A stretch of DNA of 64,000 bases from Treponemataceae bacterium (GTDB taxonomy: Bacteria; Spirochaetota; Spirochaetia; Treponematales; Rectinemataceae). The position numbers and the translations under genes were made by a program. The number at the start of each line of letters is the position of its first letter. Positions within the stretch are counted from its first letter, which is position 1. The DNA lies in assembly GCA_963677895.2 (NCBI GenBank), contig CAXXGJ010000018.1:384001-448000 (forward strand). The letters run 5' to 3'. Below are positions 18,891-29,592 of the stretch, in pieces. The notes beneath the pieces were generated by a model. It was not told the DNA's origin. It saw only the letters and a program-made list of their open reading frames with translations, and searched no databases.

Positions 18891-20045
18891 GTGAAAAAGC
18901 TTCTATTCTTCGTAATGCTTCTCAGCCTTGGAGTTTCCCTTGTGACTGCACAGTTAGCTCCCGGCAAGAAGGAAATCGTCATCGCCAACGTTCGCTGGGA
19001 CATGGGCGATGTCGCCTTTAATGGTGACCAGTATGGAACGGAGCTTGAGATCAATGATTTCGAAGCCAAGACAGGCATCAAGGTTACGATGCTAACCAGC
19101 GGCTCCGATGATCCACAGCAGCAGATCAATTACGCAAACACCTATTTTGCCCGCGGTATCGACGGTATGCTTCTCAGTTCCATTAACCCCCCTGCCTTGA
19201 CTGTGGTAGTTAAGGAAGCCAATAAAAGGAACATTCCGGTCGTGACACACGACTCCTGCATCCCTGGCGGGAAGCAGATCTCCGTTTTCCCGATGGCAGT
19301 AGGCGCCGGAGAGCTTGTAGGAAAGGCCCTCCTTGATAACATCGTCGCCATCCGTGGCGACAATTACCTCAAGAACGTGGGCGGCCAAATCGTCGAACTC
19401 CGCGGCATGGTCACCCTGGGCGTTGATATCCAGCGTTACCAGGGCTGGAAGAATGTGTTCGAGCCTTTCCTGAAAAAGTACCCCAAGGTCACGTTTACCA
19501 CCCATGTGGCTGGATTCAATGCCACCAAGGCTCGGCAGGCCGTTGATGCCGAAATCGCCAAATATGGCAAGAAAATCATTGGCATCTTCTCAATCGACGG
19601 TACTATGGGTGTTGGCGGAGCTATCCCGGCTCTCAAGTCCGCCGGTCTCTTCTTCCCGAAGAACAGCCCAAACCACATCCCCGTGTCGACCATCGATGGC
19701 ACCACGGAAGAGTTTACCGCCGGCCGCAAGGGCGACCTCGACTTTGAGATCGACAACGGCAAGCTCACACAGGGCCGCCTTGCCGTCCGGGCGCTTCTCC
19801 AGTGGATCATGGAAGGCTGGGACAAGATGCCCAAGCCAGGCCAGGTCCTCTATGCCGACGACAATACTAGCTTGTCCCGCATGCCCTATGAGATCATCGA
19901 CGGCATGAAGCAAGATCCTCCCTTCGAAGGATACGTCTATAGCTTCAAGAACTTGCTGGTCCCCCGGGATATCCCCTTTGACAGCAAGGAAGGTTGGGGT
20001 AATGCCTACTCTTATTCTCTCAATAAAAAGTGGCCATGGGAGTGA
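18891..20045 (+). CDS. Sugar ABC transporter substrate-binding protein (RbsB-like fold)
   Basis: GTG start after AAGGAGG; signal peptide; QQQINYA..FARGIDGML, NIPVVTHD, IDGT. Confidence 0.8.
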   Translation: MKKLLFFVMLLSLGVSLVTAQLAPGKKEIVIANVRWDMGDVAFNGDQYGTELEINDFEAKTGIKVTMLTSGSDDPQQQINYANTYFARGIDGMLLSSINPPALTVVVKEANKRNIPVVTHDSCIPGGKQISVFPMAVGAGELVGKALLDNIVAIRGDNYLKNVGGQIVELRGMVTLGVDIQRYQGWKNVFEPFLKKYPKVTFTTHVAGFNATKARQAVDAEIAKYGKKIIGIFSIDGTMGVGGAIPALKSAGLFFPKNSPNHIPVSTIDGTTEEFTAGRKGDLDFEIDNGKLTQGRLAVRALLQWIMEGWDKMPKPGQVLYADDNTSLSRMPYEIIDGMKQDPPFEGYVYSFKNLLVPRDIPFDSKEGWGNAYSYSLNKKWPWE

Positions 20046-20070
20046 GATAGCGAATATTTGAGTTAACCGC

Positions 20071-20100
20071 GCGGCGAGGGCGCAAGCGCGCCTTCGCCGT
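20071..20100 (+). terminator. GC-rich intercistronic stem-loop after SBP gene
   Basis: GCGGCGAGGGCGC-AAGC-GCGCCTTCGCCGT with no clear U-tract, so probably an mRNA stabiliser or partial terminator. Confidence 0.5.
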
Positions 20101-20136
20101 GTTACCCAGCAATTTTCGTTTACGAGTGAGGGAACC

Positions 20137-21666
20137 ATGATCGATAATCTGAATACAGCCGAACCGGAGATAGTCTGTAAGGTGCTGAATGTCTCCAAAT
20201 TCTATCCAGGGGTAGCCGCACTCAAGTCGGTTAGTTTCGATATCCGCAAAGGTGAGATTCACGGGGTTATTGGTAAGAACGGGGCTGGGAAATCGACCAT
20301 CGTGAACATCCTCGCCGGGCTTACTCCTTTAACTAGTGGTGAAATTTGGATAAAAGGCACAAAGACACCAAAAAACTACAATCCTCGTATGGCTGAGAAT
20401 TTATCGGTATATCTGGTTACGCAGAACCCTTTGATTCTGCCGCAGAGGAGCATTACGGAGAACCTTTTCATCGGCTATATCTTGCATAACGGTAGTGGGT
20501 TCATTGCAGAAGATAAAATGAGGTCGATCACCGAGGAAATTATCAAGAAATTCGGTTTCCAATTAAACCCTGATCAGGAGATGGGAACGCTTCCGATAGA
20601 TACACAAAAGCTACTTTTACTTGGACGTGGTATCTATATCGCCAAAGCCGATATTTTAATGCTAGATGAAATCACTGCTTCTTTGAACGTTGAGGGCCGT
20701 AAAAAAGTCGATGTGGTCATCCGCGAGGTTATAGCCGAGGGCAAGTCGATCGTGTTCATCTCGCATCATTTGAAGGAAGTCATCAATTATTGCGATCGTG
20801 TGACCGTTTTCCGAAACGGCAGCAAAGTCACTACAGCTGGCGGAAAAACTCTTACAGAGGAAAGCCTTACTAAGCTCATTATCGGCAGTGACCTTTCAAA
20901 AAATAACTATTTGATATCAGAGTTCAAGCGCCGCGATCCCAATCCAATGCTTAACGTGTCTAATTTTAACATCATGGGCTGTTGTCACAATATTTCTTTC
21001 GATCTTTATCGGAACGAAGTGTTAGGATTTATCGGTCTGGAAGGTTGCGGTAAGGAAGAACTGTTTGAGACGATATTTGGGATACGAAATATAGATTCGG
21101 GCTCGATTTCGATCAACGGCGAGAGGATCCTGTATAAATCGCCCGAGAGTGCGATAGCCAAGGGGATCATATACCTTTCCAGGAATCGTGAGGATGAGAC
21201 TGTGTTCCACATGCTGTCTATACAAGACAATATGGTACAGATGGTTTACAAAAAGCTCAAAACCAAGATGGGATTCATTGACGTACAAAAAATAAGGGAA
21301 TTTACGGATTCGTCAATAAAGTTGCTCAACATAAAGCAGAGCAATGTAAATGACGACATTGATTCGCTGAGTGGCGGTAACAAGCAAAAAGTCATGCTTT
21401 CAAGGATAATCGGTATGAAACCCAAGGTCTTCATATTGAACGAGCCGACGCAAGGCATCGATGTCGAGACGAAGGAAGAGATACTGAAAATAGTACGCGA
21501 GAAGCTGGTGGAGGAATCCAGCGTGATCATCTCCTCGGAGAGCGTCCAGGAGTTGATGTCAGTCTGTGATAGGATAATAGTCCTCTATAAGGGCATGATT
21601 CGATGCGTTTTCGAGAAAGAGGCGTTCTCAGAGGATGAGATCTACCTCAAGGTTCAGGGTGCATGA
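20137..21666 (+). CDS. Sugar ABC transporter ATP-binding protein (RbsA-type, two NBDs)
   Basis: GKNGAGKST, MLDEITASL, LSGGNKQKV, NEPTQGIDV. Confidence 0.92.
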   Translation: MIDNLNTAEPEIVCKVLNVSKFYPGVAALKSVSFDIRKGEIHGVIGKNGAGKSTIVNILAGLTPLTSGEIWIKGTKTPKNYNPRMAENLSVYLVTQNPLILPQRSITENLFIGYILHNGSGFIAEDKMRSITEEIIKKFGFQLNPDQEMGTLPIDTQKLLLLGRGIYIAKADILMLDEITASLNVEGRKKVDVVIREVIAEGKSIVFISHHLKEVINYCDRVTVFRNGSKVTTAGGKTLTEESLTKLIIGSDLSKNNYLISEFKRRDPNPMLNVSNFNIMGCCHNISFDLYRNEVLGFIGLEGCGKEELFETIFGIRNIDSGSISINGERILYKSPESAIAKGIIYLSRNREDETVFHMLSIQDNMVQMVYKKLKTKMGFIDVQKIREFTDSSIKLLNIKQSNVNDDIDSLSGGNKQKVMLSRIIGMKPKVFILNEPTQGIDVETKEEILKIVREKLVEESSVIISSESVQELMSVCDRIIVLYKGMIRCVFEKEAFSEDEIYLKVQGA

Positions 21667-21679
21667 TGAGGGGCAAGGC

Positions 21680-22684
21680 ATGAGAGATGTTAAAAAAAGT
21701 GCGGATCAGCTTGTGCTTTTTAGCGTTACGCACGGGATTTGGATGATTTTTCTGGTCATTTTTCTGATAGGTGCGTGTTTTATCCAGGGTTTCATAAAAT
21801 TCGAGAACATAATCAACGTCCTATGGGGCAACGTATCGTTCGGGTTCCTCGTCCTGGGTATGTTCATTGTCTTGCTGACCGGCACGACGGATCTCTCCAT
21901 AGAATCCACCTTCGGCCTCGGCCCGATTATCGGAGCGAGGTTAATGGTGACATGGTTGCCTCACTTGGTCTCGCCGCCGATAGCGATCGTGATCGTGCTT
22001 CTTGTAGGCGCTTTAATCGGCTTGGTGAACGCTTTCTTCTACATCAAGCTCAAGATTAACTCGTTTTTAGTCACGTTGACTATGCTGCTCGTATTGCGAG
22101 GTCTATGCCAATATATCATACCAGAGGGGTTGTACTACCTGCCAGACGCCTTCAACGCCATTGGCAACTCGAAGCTCTTCGGCTGGCTGCCCACCGCTCT
22201 AGTGCTCTTCATTTTTGCTACCATTGGCGTGTGGGTTATCACCAAGAAGACTGCTTTTGGCAAGAATCTGTACGCGATCGGTAGTTCTGAAAAGGCTGCG
22301 TTTCTAGCGGGCATTAATATCAAGCGAGTCAAGACGATCGCTTTAATTATCTCGGGATTCGCGGCCGCTTTGGGTGGGCTCATCTCCTCTGGAAGAATGC
22401 AGGCAGTTGTAGCTGATATGGGCTCCGGCGAGGTCATGATGGTATTCGCGGCCTGTTTCTTAGGCGGGACCGCAATGTCGGGCGGTAAGGGCGAGGTTGT
22501 CGATCTGATAGGTGCGATCCTGACCCTCAGTATGATAACGAACATTCTGAACCTGCTCGGCGTGAATCCCTACTTGATAAATGTTATCTACGGCCTAGTG
22601 CTACTGTTCGCCATAGTCTTTGCAAACGCTCAACAGCAGATTCGTCAGAGCATACTACTTAAGAAATCGATAGCGACCAATTGA
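21680..22684 (+). CDS. Sugar ABC permease (RbsC-type)
   Basis: TGTTDLSI, FGKNLYAIGSSEKAAFLAGIN, AACFLGGTAMSGGKG. Confidence 0.9.
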   Translation: MRDVKKSADQLVLFSVTHGIWMIFLVIFLIGACFIQGFIKFENIINVLWGNVSFGFLVLGMFIVLLTGTTDLSIESTFGLGPIIGARLMVTWLPHLVSPPIAIVIVLLVGALIGLVNAFFYIKLKINSFLVTLTMLLVLRGLCQYIIPEGLYYLPDAFNAIGNSKLFGWLPTALVLFIFATIGVWVITKKTAFGKNLYAIGSSEKAAFLAGINIKRVKTIALIISGFAAALGGLISSGRMQAVVADMGSGEVMMVFAACFLGGTAMSGGKGEVVDLIGAILTLSMITNILNLLGVNPYLINVIYGLVLLFAIVFANAQQQIRQSILLKKSIATN

Positions 22685-22699
22685 AAGGAGGTACACGCG

Positions 22700-23719
22700 A
22701 TGAAAGCTCTAGTATGGTACGGCCCGAACGATCTCCGATTCGAGGACTGGCCGGAGCCAAAGTTACAGGACGATGAAGTAATGCTTAAGGTGGCTTATTC
22801 GGGTATCTGCGGGTCGGAAATGTCCATCATACACGGGGTTAACACCCATGGCGCTCAGCCGCCTAAAGTGCTAGGACACGAATTCTCTGGCGTGATCGCC
22901 GATATGGGCAAAGGTGTAAAGAACTTCAAGCTAGGTGAACGAGTCACCACGCACCCGAACGCGAGCTGCGGCGAGTGCTATTATTGTAAGCGGGCCCAGG
23001 AAGGCTTTTGCCTTCGGCCTTTCAATTTCATCACCTCCAAGGAATCGGGGGCCTTTTCCGAGTACACTAAGGTTAAGGCTAAGACCTTGTACCGCATTCC
23101 TGAATCCATGTCGCTCAAAACAGCCTCCTTGGTAGAGCCGATCTCAATCGCGGTGCACGCGGCCAGCTTGGTCCGCTTTTTGCCAGGCGATACAGTGGTA
23201 ATCTTGGGTGGCGGTACCATCGGCCTAGCTTGCCTCCTTGTGATGCGACACTACGGGGCGAGCACCATCATCGTCTCCGATCCGGTGCAAATGCGTCGAG
23301 ACATAGCGAAGAAGATGGGCGCGGACATCGTTGTAGATCCGTTGAAGGAAGATCTTCAAACTGTGGTCAGGCAGAACTCAGAGGGCTTCGGCTTCGACAT
23401 GTGTATCGAGGCGGTCGGTAACGAGAAGACCTGCGAGCAAGCCATGACGCTCATTAAGAAGGGTGGGACGGTATTGTTCGTGGGAGTACCTCCCCCAAAC
23501 AAATTCACCTCGGTGTCTTTCATGGAGGTCAACAAGAACGAGTATAAGTTGGTCGGGTCGAATTGGTCTCCGTACTCGTTCGACCGGACGATCAATATCA
23601 TGAAGACCTTCGATCCAGACCCGCTGATAACGCACGAGTTCAGGCTGCAGGATTTCAGGAAGGCCATTGAAAGCCAGGAAGGCAAATCTGCACTCAAGAC
23701 AACATTTGTCTTCGAGTGA
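22700..23719 (+). CDS. Zinc-dependent medium-chain (polyol-type) dehydrogenase
   Basis: GICGS, LGHEFSG, structural Zn motif CGECYYC...C, GGGTIG. Confidence 0.9.
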   Translation: MKALVWYGPNDLRFEDWPEPKLQDDEVMLKVAYSGICGSEMSIIHGVNTHGAQPPKVLGHEFSGVIADMGKGVKNFKLGERVTTHPNASCGECYYCKRAQEGFCLRPFNFITSKESGAFSEYTKVKAKTLYRIPESMSLKTASLVEPISIAVHAASLVRFLPGDTVVILGGGTIGLACLLVMRHYGASTIIVSDPVQMRRDIAKKMGADIVVDPLKEDLQTVVRQNSEGFGFDMCIEAVGNEKTCEQAMTLIKKGGTVLFVGVPPPNKFTSVSFMEVNKNEYKLVGSNWSPYSFDRTINIMKTFDPDPLITHEFRLQDFRKAIESQEGKSALKTTFVFE

Positions 23720-23768
23720 TTGCAGGCGACGCTGTCGCGATCGTCAATGAACGATAAGGAGCAAGGAC

Positions 23769-24455
23769 ATGGACAAGAGTAAGATCGTGGATCTAAGCAA
23801 CAGAATAATCCCCGGCCAGGAGCATTTTCCATACGAGGCGCAGGTGGACGATGTCACGAAGATCATCCCATACGTCAAGCACCATCCGGATGATTGGTAT
23901 GTGGTGGGTATCGTGAAATACTGCACTCATATTGGAACTCATATCGAGGCTCCTTACCACCATAAAAAGGGGGGAATGGATATAGCAGACTTCCCCTTCC
24001 AGAATCTGATTGCGCCCTTGGTCGTGATGGATTTCTCGAAGAAAAGGGGCCACGAAGCGATCTCGCTCGCGGAGGTCAAGGCAGGATATGACGACAAAAT
24101 CCACGCGGGTGACGTAGTGTTGATATTTACCGGCATGGATAAACTCTTTCACACCGATCGCTGGGAAGAGAACAAGCCCTATATAATGCCGGAAGTAGCG
24201 GCGTATCTGGTTTCGAAGAAAGTAGCCTGCGTTGGGACTGATACCTCGGATATCGAGGTTCCAAACCTGCTCACGCAACCCGTGCATCAGGCTCTCTTTG
24301 CCGCCGATATCCCGATGATCGAATCCGCTGCGAACCTAGAAAAAGTCAAGGACGGAGACTACATCATTATGATCTTGCCGGCTCCTTTCGTCGGACTCGA
24401 CTCCACGCCGTGCAGAATCATCGCCATTCCGCGCAAGGAATTTTTCTGGGCGTAG
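23769..24455 (+). CDS. Cyclase-family (kynurenine formamidase-like) metallohydrolase
   Basis: HIGTHIEAPYH (variant of HxGTHxDxPxH), VGTD, VHQALF..IES, GLDSTPCR. Confidence 0.85.
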   Translation: MDKSKIVDLSNRIIPGQEHFPYEAQVDDVTKIIPYVKHHPDDWYVVGIVKYCTHIGTHIEAPYHHKKGGMDIADFPFQNLIAPLVVMDFSKKRGHEAISLAEVKAGYDDKIHAGDVVLIFTGMDKLFHTDRWEENKPYIMPEVAAYLVSKKVACVGTDTSDIEVPNLLTQPVHQALFAADIPMIESAANLEKVKDGDYIIMILPAPFVGLDSTPCRIIAIPRKEFFWA

Positions 24456-24593
24456 CTGAACCATTCCTTTCGATCGAAACCGTCCGTCGGCTAGACGACT
24501 GGCTAAGCTAGCGAATGGTTGGATCGTAAGACACTTCATGCATTCCTGTAACATCAATGATTCGCCTGGAGTGTCGCTATAGGAGAGAATACG

Positions 24594-25577
24594 ATGAAGA
24601 AAAACGACGAGAAAGAAGAATATCTCGAGATGTATCGCCAGATGGTCCTGATCCGGAAGTATGAGGAAGCGCTCTATTTCTTGTTTCTGGAAGGGGTCAT
24701 GCCTGGCAGCATCCACCAGTCGCACGGCCAGGAAGCTTGTGCGGTAGGGGTGCTCCATGACCTGCGCAAAGAAGATTTTATGGTAAGCACTCACAGACCA
24801 GCTGGCCACGATTTGGCTAAAGGGGTATCTCTACACAGCATGATGTGCGAGATGTTCGCTAAAAGCAACGGTTGTTGCAGGGCAAAGGGCGGGGCGATGC
24901 ACACGGGAGATATCGAAGTTGGGGCTCTTCCGGCCAACGCCATCGTCGGGGGGAACATCCCGATAGCGGTAGGAGTTGGGCTTTCCTGCAAAATGAGGAT
25001 GACCGACAACGTAGTGGTGTCGTTCTTTGGCGACGGCGCCTCCAACGAAGGAGCCTTCCACGAGGGTTTGAACGGCGCCGCAATCTGGAATCTCCCGGTC
25101 ATTTTCGTTTGCGAGAACAATATGTACGGGGCATCTACAAAATTCAGCGCGATGTGCAAATTGGAAAATATTGCAGATAGGGGCGCCGCATATGGCATCC
25201 CCTCTGAGATCGTGGACGGCAACGATCTGCTGGCGGTCAGAGCTGCAGCGGATCGAGCGGTTAAACGCGCTCGCTCCGGACAAGGGCCTACATTACTCGA
25301 GCTTAAAACCTACCGTATCGGAGGTCATTCGAGAAACGACGCCGCGAAATACCGTGACAAGGCCGAGGAAAAAGCGTGGTTCGCAAGAGACCCGATCAGG
25401 AGATTCAGGACTTGGCTAGTCGATAACAAATATTTCACAGAGGACCAGTTGACCGTGTGTGGACAAGAGGTGGATCGAGAGGTGGAAGAGTCCATAGAAT
25501 TCGCTAAGAAATCGCCATACCCTGATCCAGAAGACGCTCTGAAGGACGTGTACTGGGCACCGGAGGTGCGCAAATGA
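24594..25577 (+). CDS. ThDP-dependent dehydrogenase E1 alpha (acetoin/pyruvate DH-like)
   Basis: GQEA, STHR, GDGASNEG...ENN ThDP motif, TYRIGGHS. Confidence 0.9.
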   Translation: MKKNDEKEEYLEMYRQMVLIRKYEEALYFLFLEGVMPGSIHQSHGQEACAVGVLHDLRKEDFMVSTHRPAGHDLAKGVSLHSMMCEMFAKSNGCCRAKGGAMHTGDIEVGALPANAIVGGNIPIAVGVGLSCKMRMTDNVVVSFFGDGASNEGAFHEGLNGAAIWNLPVIFVCENNMYGASTKFSAMCKLENIADRGAAYGIPSEIVDGNDLLAVRAAADRAVKRARSGQGPTLLELKTYRIGGHSRNDAAKYRDKAEEKAWFARDPIRRFRTWLVDNKYFTEDQLTVCGQEVDREVEESIEFAKKSPYPDPEDALKDVYWAPEVRK

Positions 25578-26596
25578 AAATGATGACGATCGCCGAAGCC
25601 CTTCGGGCCGCTATAGCTGAAGAGATGAGAAAAGATGAAAGGGTGTTCTGCCTTGGCGAGGACATCAGCGACTTGAACGGAGGTTACGGTGGAGCCTTCG
25701 GCGTGACCCAGGGACTGGCTGGTGAATTCGGGTCTGAACGGATTTTGAATACGCCAATCTCGGAGATATTGATCGGCAGCGCCGCAGTGGGCGCCGCCAT
25801 GACCGGCATGAGGCCAATAGCCGACGTCCAATACGGCGACTTCCTTTTTTGCATGATGGATTCCCTGGTCAACCAGGCCGCAAAGATGACCTATATGTCG
25901 GGCGGTAAAGTGAAGGTGCCGATGGTCATGCGCGCTCCCGTGGGTGCGACGACTCGCGGAGCCCAGCATGGGCAAAGTCTTGAAGGTTTTTTCACTAGAG
26001 TACCAGGCCTCAAGGTCATTTGTCCTTCTGGGGCATACGACGCCAAAGGATTGATGAAGACCGCGATTCGGGACGATGGACCGGTGTTGTGCTTCGAACA
26101 TAAACTGCTCTATGGGAAAACCGGAACTCGCGTCGAGCAAGGCGCATTGGTAACAACCGAAGAAGTGCCAGAGGAGGAGTATACCATTCCCTTCGGGAAG
26201 GCCACTGTAAAGCGGGAAGGCAAGCACGTTACAATCGTGGCAAACCTCATGATGGTGCACAGATCCATGGAAGCAGCCAATATTCTGTCCACCGAAGGGA
26301 TCGAATGTGAGGTAATAGATCCACGCACGTTGATGCCCTTCGATTTCGAGACCTTACTCAAGTCGATCGAGAAGACTGGTCGCCTCATGATAGTACATGA
26401 GGACACGTACTCGAACGGCTGGGGGGCCGAGGTAGCTGCCTATGTTGCTGAGCATGGGCTCTACCTGCTGGACGCACCGATAATGCGGATTACGACACCC
26501 GATGTGCCCATTCCCTTTGGTCCGCCCATGGAGAGCTTTGTGATTCCCAACGCACAGCGCATCGCCGATGGTGTCCGCAAACTGATGGTGGCGTAA
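25574..26596 (+). CDS. E1 beta subunit
   Basis: LGEDI, NTPISE, GAQHGQS, FEHKLLY, EVIDPRTL. Confidence 0.9.
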   Translation: MKMMTIAEALRAAIAEEMRKDERVFCLGEDISDLNGGYGGAFGVTQGLAGEFGSERILNTPISEILIGSAAVGAAMTGMRPIADVQYGDFLFCMMDSLVNQAAKMTYMSGGKVKVPMVMRAPVGATTRGAQHGQSLEGFFTRVPGLKVICPSGAYDAKGLMKTAIRDDGPVLCFEHKLLYGKTGTRVEQGALVTTEEVPEEEYTIPFGKATVKREGKHVTIVANLMMVHRSMEAANILSTEGIECEVIDPRTLMPFDFETLLKSIEKTGRLMIVHEDTYSNGWGAEVAAYVAEHGLYLLDAPIMRITTPDVPIPFGPPMESFVIPNAQRIADGVRKLMVA

Positions 26597-27922
26597 ATGA
26601 ACAAGATTTTCATGCCTTCGAGCGGCCAGACCACCGACCAGTTGATTGTGGCCCAGTGGCTGAAAAAAATCGGGGATCCCGTGAATCGTGGAGATGCATT
26701 ACTGGAAATCGAAACCGACAAGGCTACCCAGGAAATACAGAGCTATGCGAAGGGGGTGTTGCTCAAAGTCATGGCCAAGGAAGGGGACACCGTTTCTTCC
26801 GGGGACTTGATTGCCCTAGTGGGAGAGCCTGGCGAATTGGATCTGGAGAAGGAACAAGGCCAAACGCTACCACGGCCATCGCCCGTGGTAGCGGAATCGA
26901 TATCCGAGACGAAGCCTAACCTGGCCGCATCGGAGATAACCCCAACCCCGACAGTACTGGGACTACCCGCTGAACCCATATCAGAAGAATATATCGCAAT
27001 AGTCAAGGGTGCTTTTATCCCAGCACTTCCCGTGACAACAGTTCCCCCCGCGCAAGGGTCTGTGAAACCTCGTGGTGAAATGGCCGCCGTCCAGTCCTCG
27101 CCCGCGGCGAAACACGCTGCCCGGATATTTAATGTAGATATCCATGAGATAGCGGATATTCTTAAAAAGGTCTCGATAAAAAAGAAGGACGTGGAAGATT
27201 TCGTGAACCGGGCTGATACCGATGATCTGGCGCTGCTGGAAACCATCCCGCTCACCAAAACAAGAAGGATAATAGCCGAGCGGCTAACTTCAAGCGCGAC
27301 TACAGTACCTACATATCAGGTCGAAGTCGAGATCGACATGGAATCCTGTATCGACCTGCGGGAATGCTTGAACAGGCAGGAAGGAAAACCCAAGGTATCA
27401 TTCCACGACCTCGTAGTGCTGGGAGTCTGTGCAGTGGTCGATAGACACCCCCTGATCAATGGCACATATACTGCACAAGGCACCAATGTATTCCGCCATG
27501 TAAACGTGGGAATCGCAGTTTCTTCGCCAGCGGGATTGATTGTCCCGGTTGTGCGACGCGCCTCGGAGCTTGGCATAAGAGGCATTGCCGCCGAAAGTAG
27601 AAAATTGATTGAGGCGGTCCGAGCCGGCCGACAAACTCCCGAAATGCTCACTTGCGGGACCATCACCATTTCCAACCTGGGCATTTTCCCGGTGTCCAGA
27701 TTCACTTCCCTTTTGAACCCGCCACAGAGCAGTATTCTGTCACTTGGGGTGATTCAGAAACGAGTGGTTTATAGGAACGGTGAGGTCGTGGTAAGGTCAA
27801 TGATGAACGTAACAGGGACCTTCGACCACCGAATTGTGGACGGAGCCTATGGCGCATCCTTCCTTGCGGATTTGAAGGAAGTGCTGGAAAATCCGGCCTT
27901 ATTCACACTAAGAAAGGAATAG
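26597..27922 (+). CDS. Dihydrolipoamide acyltransferase E2
   Basis: Lipoyl domain IETDKA; catalytic motif FDHRIVDG. Confidence 0.9.
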   Translation: MNKIFMPSSGQTTDQLIVAQWLKKIGDPVNRGDALLEIETDKATQEIQSYAKGVLLKVMAKEGDTVSSGDLIALVGEPGELDLEKEQGQTLPRPSPVVAESISETKPNLAASEITPTPTVLGLPAEPISEEYIAIVKGAFIPALPVTTVPPAQGSVKPRGEMAAVQSSPAAKHAARIFNVDIHEIADILKKVSIKKKDVEDFVNRADTDDLALLETIPLTKTRRIIAERLTSSATTVPTYQVEVEIDMESCIDLRECLNRQEGKPKVSFHDLVVLGVCAVVDRHPLINGTYTAQGTNVFRHVNVGIAVSSPAGLIVPVVRRASELGIRGIAAESRKLIEAVRAGRQTPEMLTCGTITISNLGIFPVSRFTSLLNPPQSSILSLGVIQKRVVYRNGEVVVRSMMNVTGTFDHRIVDGAYGASFLADLKEVLENPALFTLRKE

Positions 27923-27925
27923 ACG

Positions 27926-29311
27926 ATGACGGACGGAAAAATAGACTTATCGGTCATTGGTGGCGGTCCAGCCGGATATGTGGCCGCCCTGAGGGCATCG
28001 AGACTCGGTCGGAAAGTGGTTTTGTTCGAGAGCGCTCGGGTCGGGGGTACTTGCCTGAACGTAGGGTGTATTCCCACCAAGTATCTCGTGGAGAAAGGCG
28101 TAGTGTTGGAGAGGATCCGAGCCCTCACCTCTGAGAAAATTTTTGATGGAGGAGGGAAATTTAGTCTCGTAAAAATATTGGATGGGAAGCAAAAACTAAT
28201 CGAAAAACTTGTGTCCAGTGTTGAAGGACTATTAAAAAACTCCAAAGTTGAAGTGGTAACAGGTGAGGCGAAAATGATCGCCGCAGGAATGGTGGAGTGT
28301 GGAGGTGTTTGCTACGAAAGCTCCAATATTTTGATCGCGACTGGATCAAGGAGCATTTTCCCGCCAATTCCCGGGCTGGAGGGCAACGTTACCGACAGCA
28401 CCCAAGCTCTCTCCATCAGCAGGGTACCAAAATCTATGGTGGTGATCGGCGGAGGTGTGATTGGCCTAGAATTCGCCTCGATTTTTAATTCCTTCGGAAG
28501 CACGGTTACAGTCCTAGAAGTCCTGGACGAGATTCTTCCAAAAGAAGACCGTAACGCGGTACACGAGGTCGTCCATATACTTACCCGACGAGGTATACAT
28601 ATCCTTACTGGAGTCAAAAATCTATGCATTTCCGCAGACACCGGAAATAAAAAACTAACCTATGAGAGGATGGGAGCGGCTGAGACAATTGAAGCTGATA
28701 TCGTGCTGGCTGCGACTGGTCGGCGCGCTTCGCTTAGAGGAATCGATGCATCGGCGCTTGGTATCCAATTGGACTCTAGTGGGAATATTATAGTGGACAG
28801 GGAAATGCGTACTAACCTTCCCGGGGTCTACGCGGCAGGTGATGTTATCGGCGGTTGGCAATTGGCACATGCAGCATATAAAGAGGCAGAGTTAGCGGTG
28901 TACGCGATGTTTGGGAAGAGCTCAAGCTTAAAAGAGCAACCTGTGCCTCGATGTTTGTATACATCACCTCCTATGGCTTCGGTTGGTATCACTACGCAGG
29001 AAGCTGCTAAATTGGGGAAAGATGTCTCGGTTGGAAGCTTCCCCTATTCATCCTCAGGTATGGCCCTCGCCGAAGGATCTCGGGAAGGGAAGGCTTGGGT
29101 CATCTCGGACAGAAAAACTGGGCTGATCTTAGGGGTTCATATAGTTGGTCACAATGCACCCGAACTAATAGCTACAGGTGCGATGGCCATCGCATCGGGA
29201 ATCAGCGCTGAATCTTGGGCCGACATGATAGTTGCTCATCCTACCCTATCAGAAATTGTACATGAGGCTGCTATGGCTTGTACGGGTAATGCTTTGCATA
29301 AGCCTAATTAG
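27926..29311 (+). CDS. lpdA: Dihydrolipoamide dehydrogenase E3
   Basis: GGGPAGY, redox disulfide GGTCLNVGCIPTK, HPTLSE. Confidence 0.92.
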   Translation: MTDGKIDLSVIGGGPAGYVAALRASRLGRKVVLFESARVGGTCLNVGCIPTKYLVEKGVVLERIRALTSEKIFDGGGKFSLVKILDGKQKLIEKLVSSVEGLLKNSKVEVVTGEAKMIAAGMVECGGVCYESSNILIATGSRSIFPPIPGLEGNVTDSTQALSISRVPKSMVVIGGGVIGLEFASIFNSFGSTVTVLEVLDEILPKEDRNAVHEVVHILTRRGIHILTGVKNLCISADTGNKKLTYERMGAAETIEADIVLAATGRRASLRGIDASALGIQLDSSGNIIVDREMRTNLPGVYAAGDVIGGWQLAHAAYKEAELAVYAMFGKSSSLKEQPVPRCLYTSPPMASVGITTQEAAKLGKDVSVGSFPYSSSGMALAEGSREGKAWVISDRKTGLILGVHIVGHNAPELIATGAMAIASGISAESWADMIVAHPTLSEIVHEAAMACTGNALHKPN

Positions 29312-29592
29312 AAGCTCTTGAAAAGTAATAACGGTAATCAGAGCAAAGGAATATATAATATAGATGAATCTTATGGTATTAGCTAGGAGAAATGCGAAAG
29401 CCTTTTTATGTCGCTGATTTATACGATTATTGAGATGGTTTAATGGCAAATAATGATACAATAGTTGTCTTCTGGAGCTGTCTTAAAGATAGAAAAGTGG
29501 GTTCTTCAGGAACTCCTAACTTGAATTACATTCTAGGAGTTATAGGCTTTTATTTTTGACGAACTATTCGTATAATTCACTACAAAGGAAAT

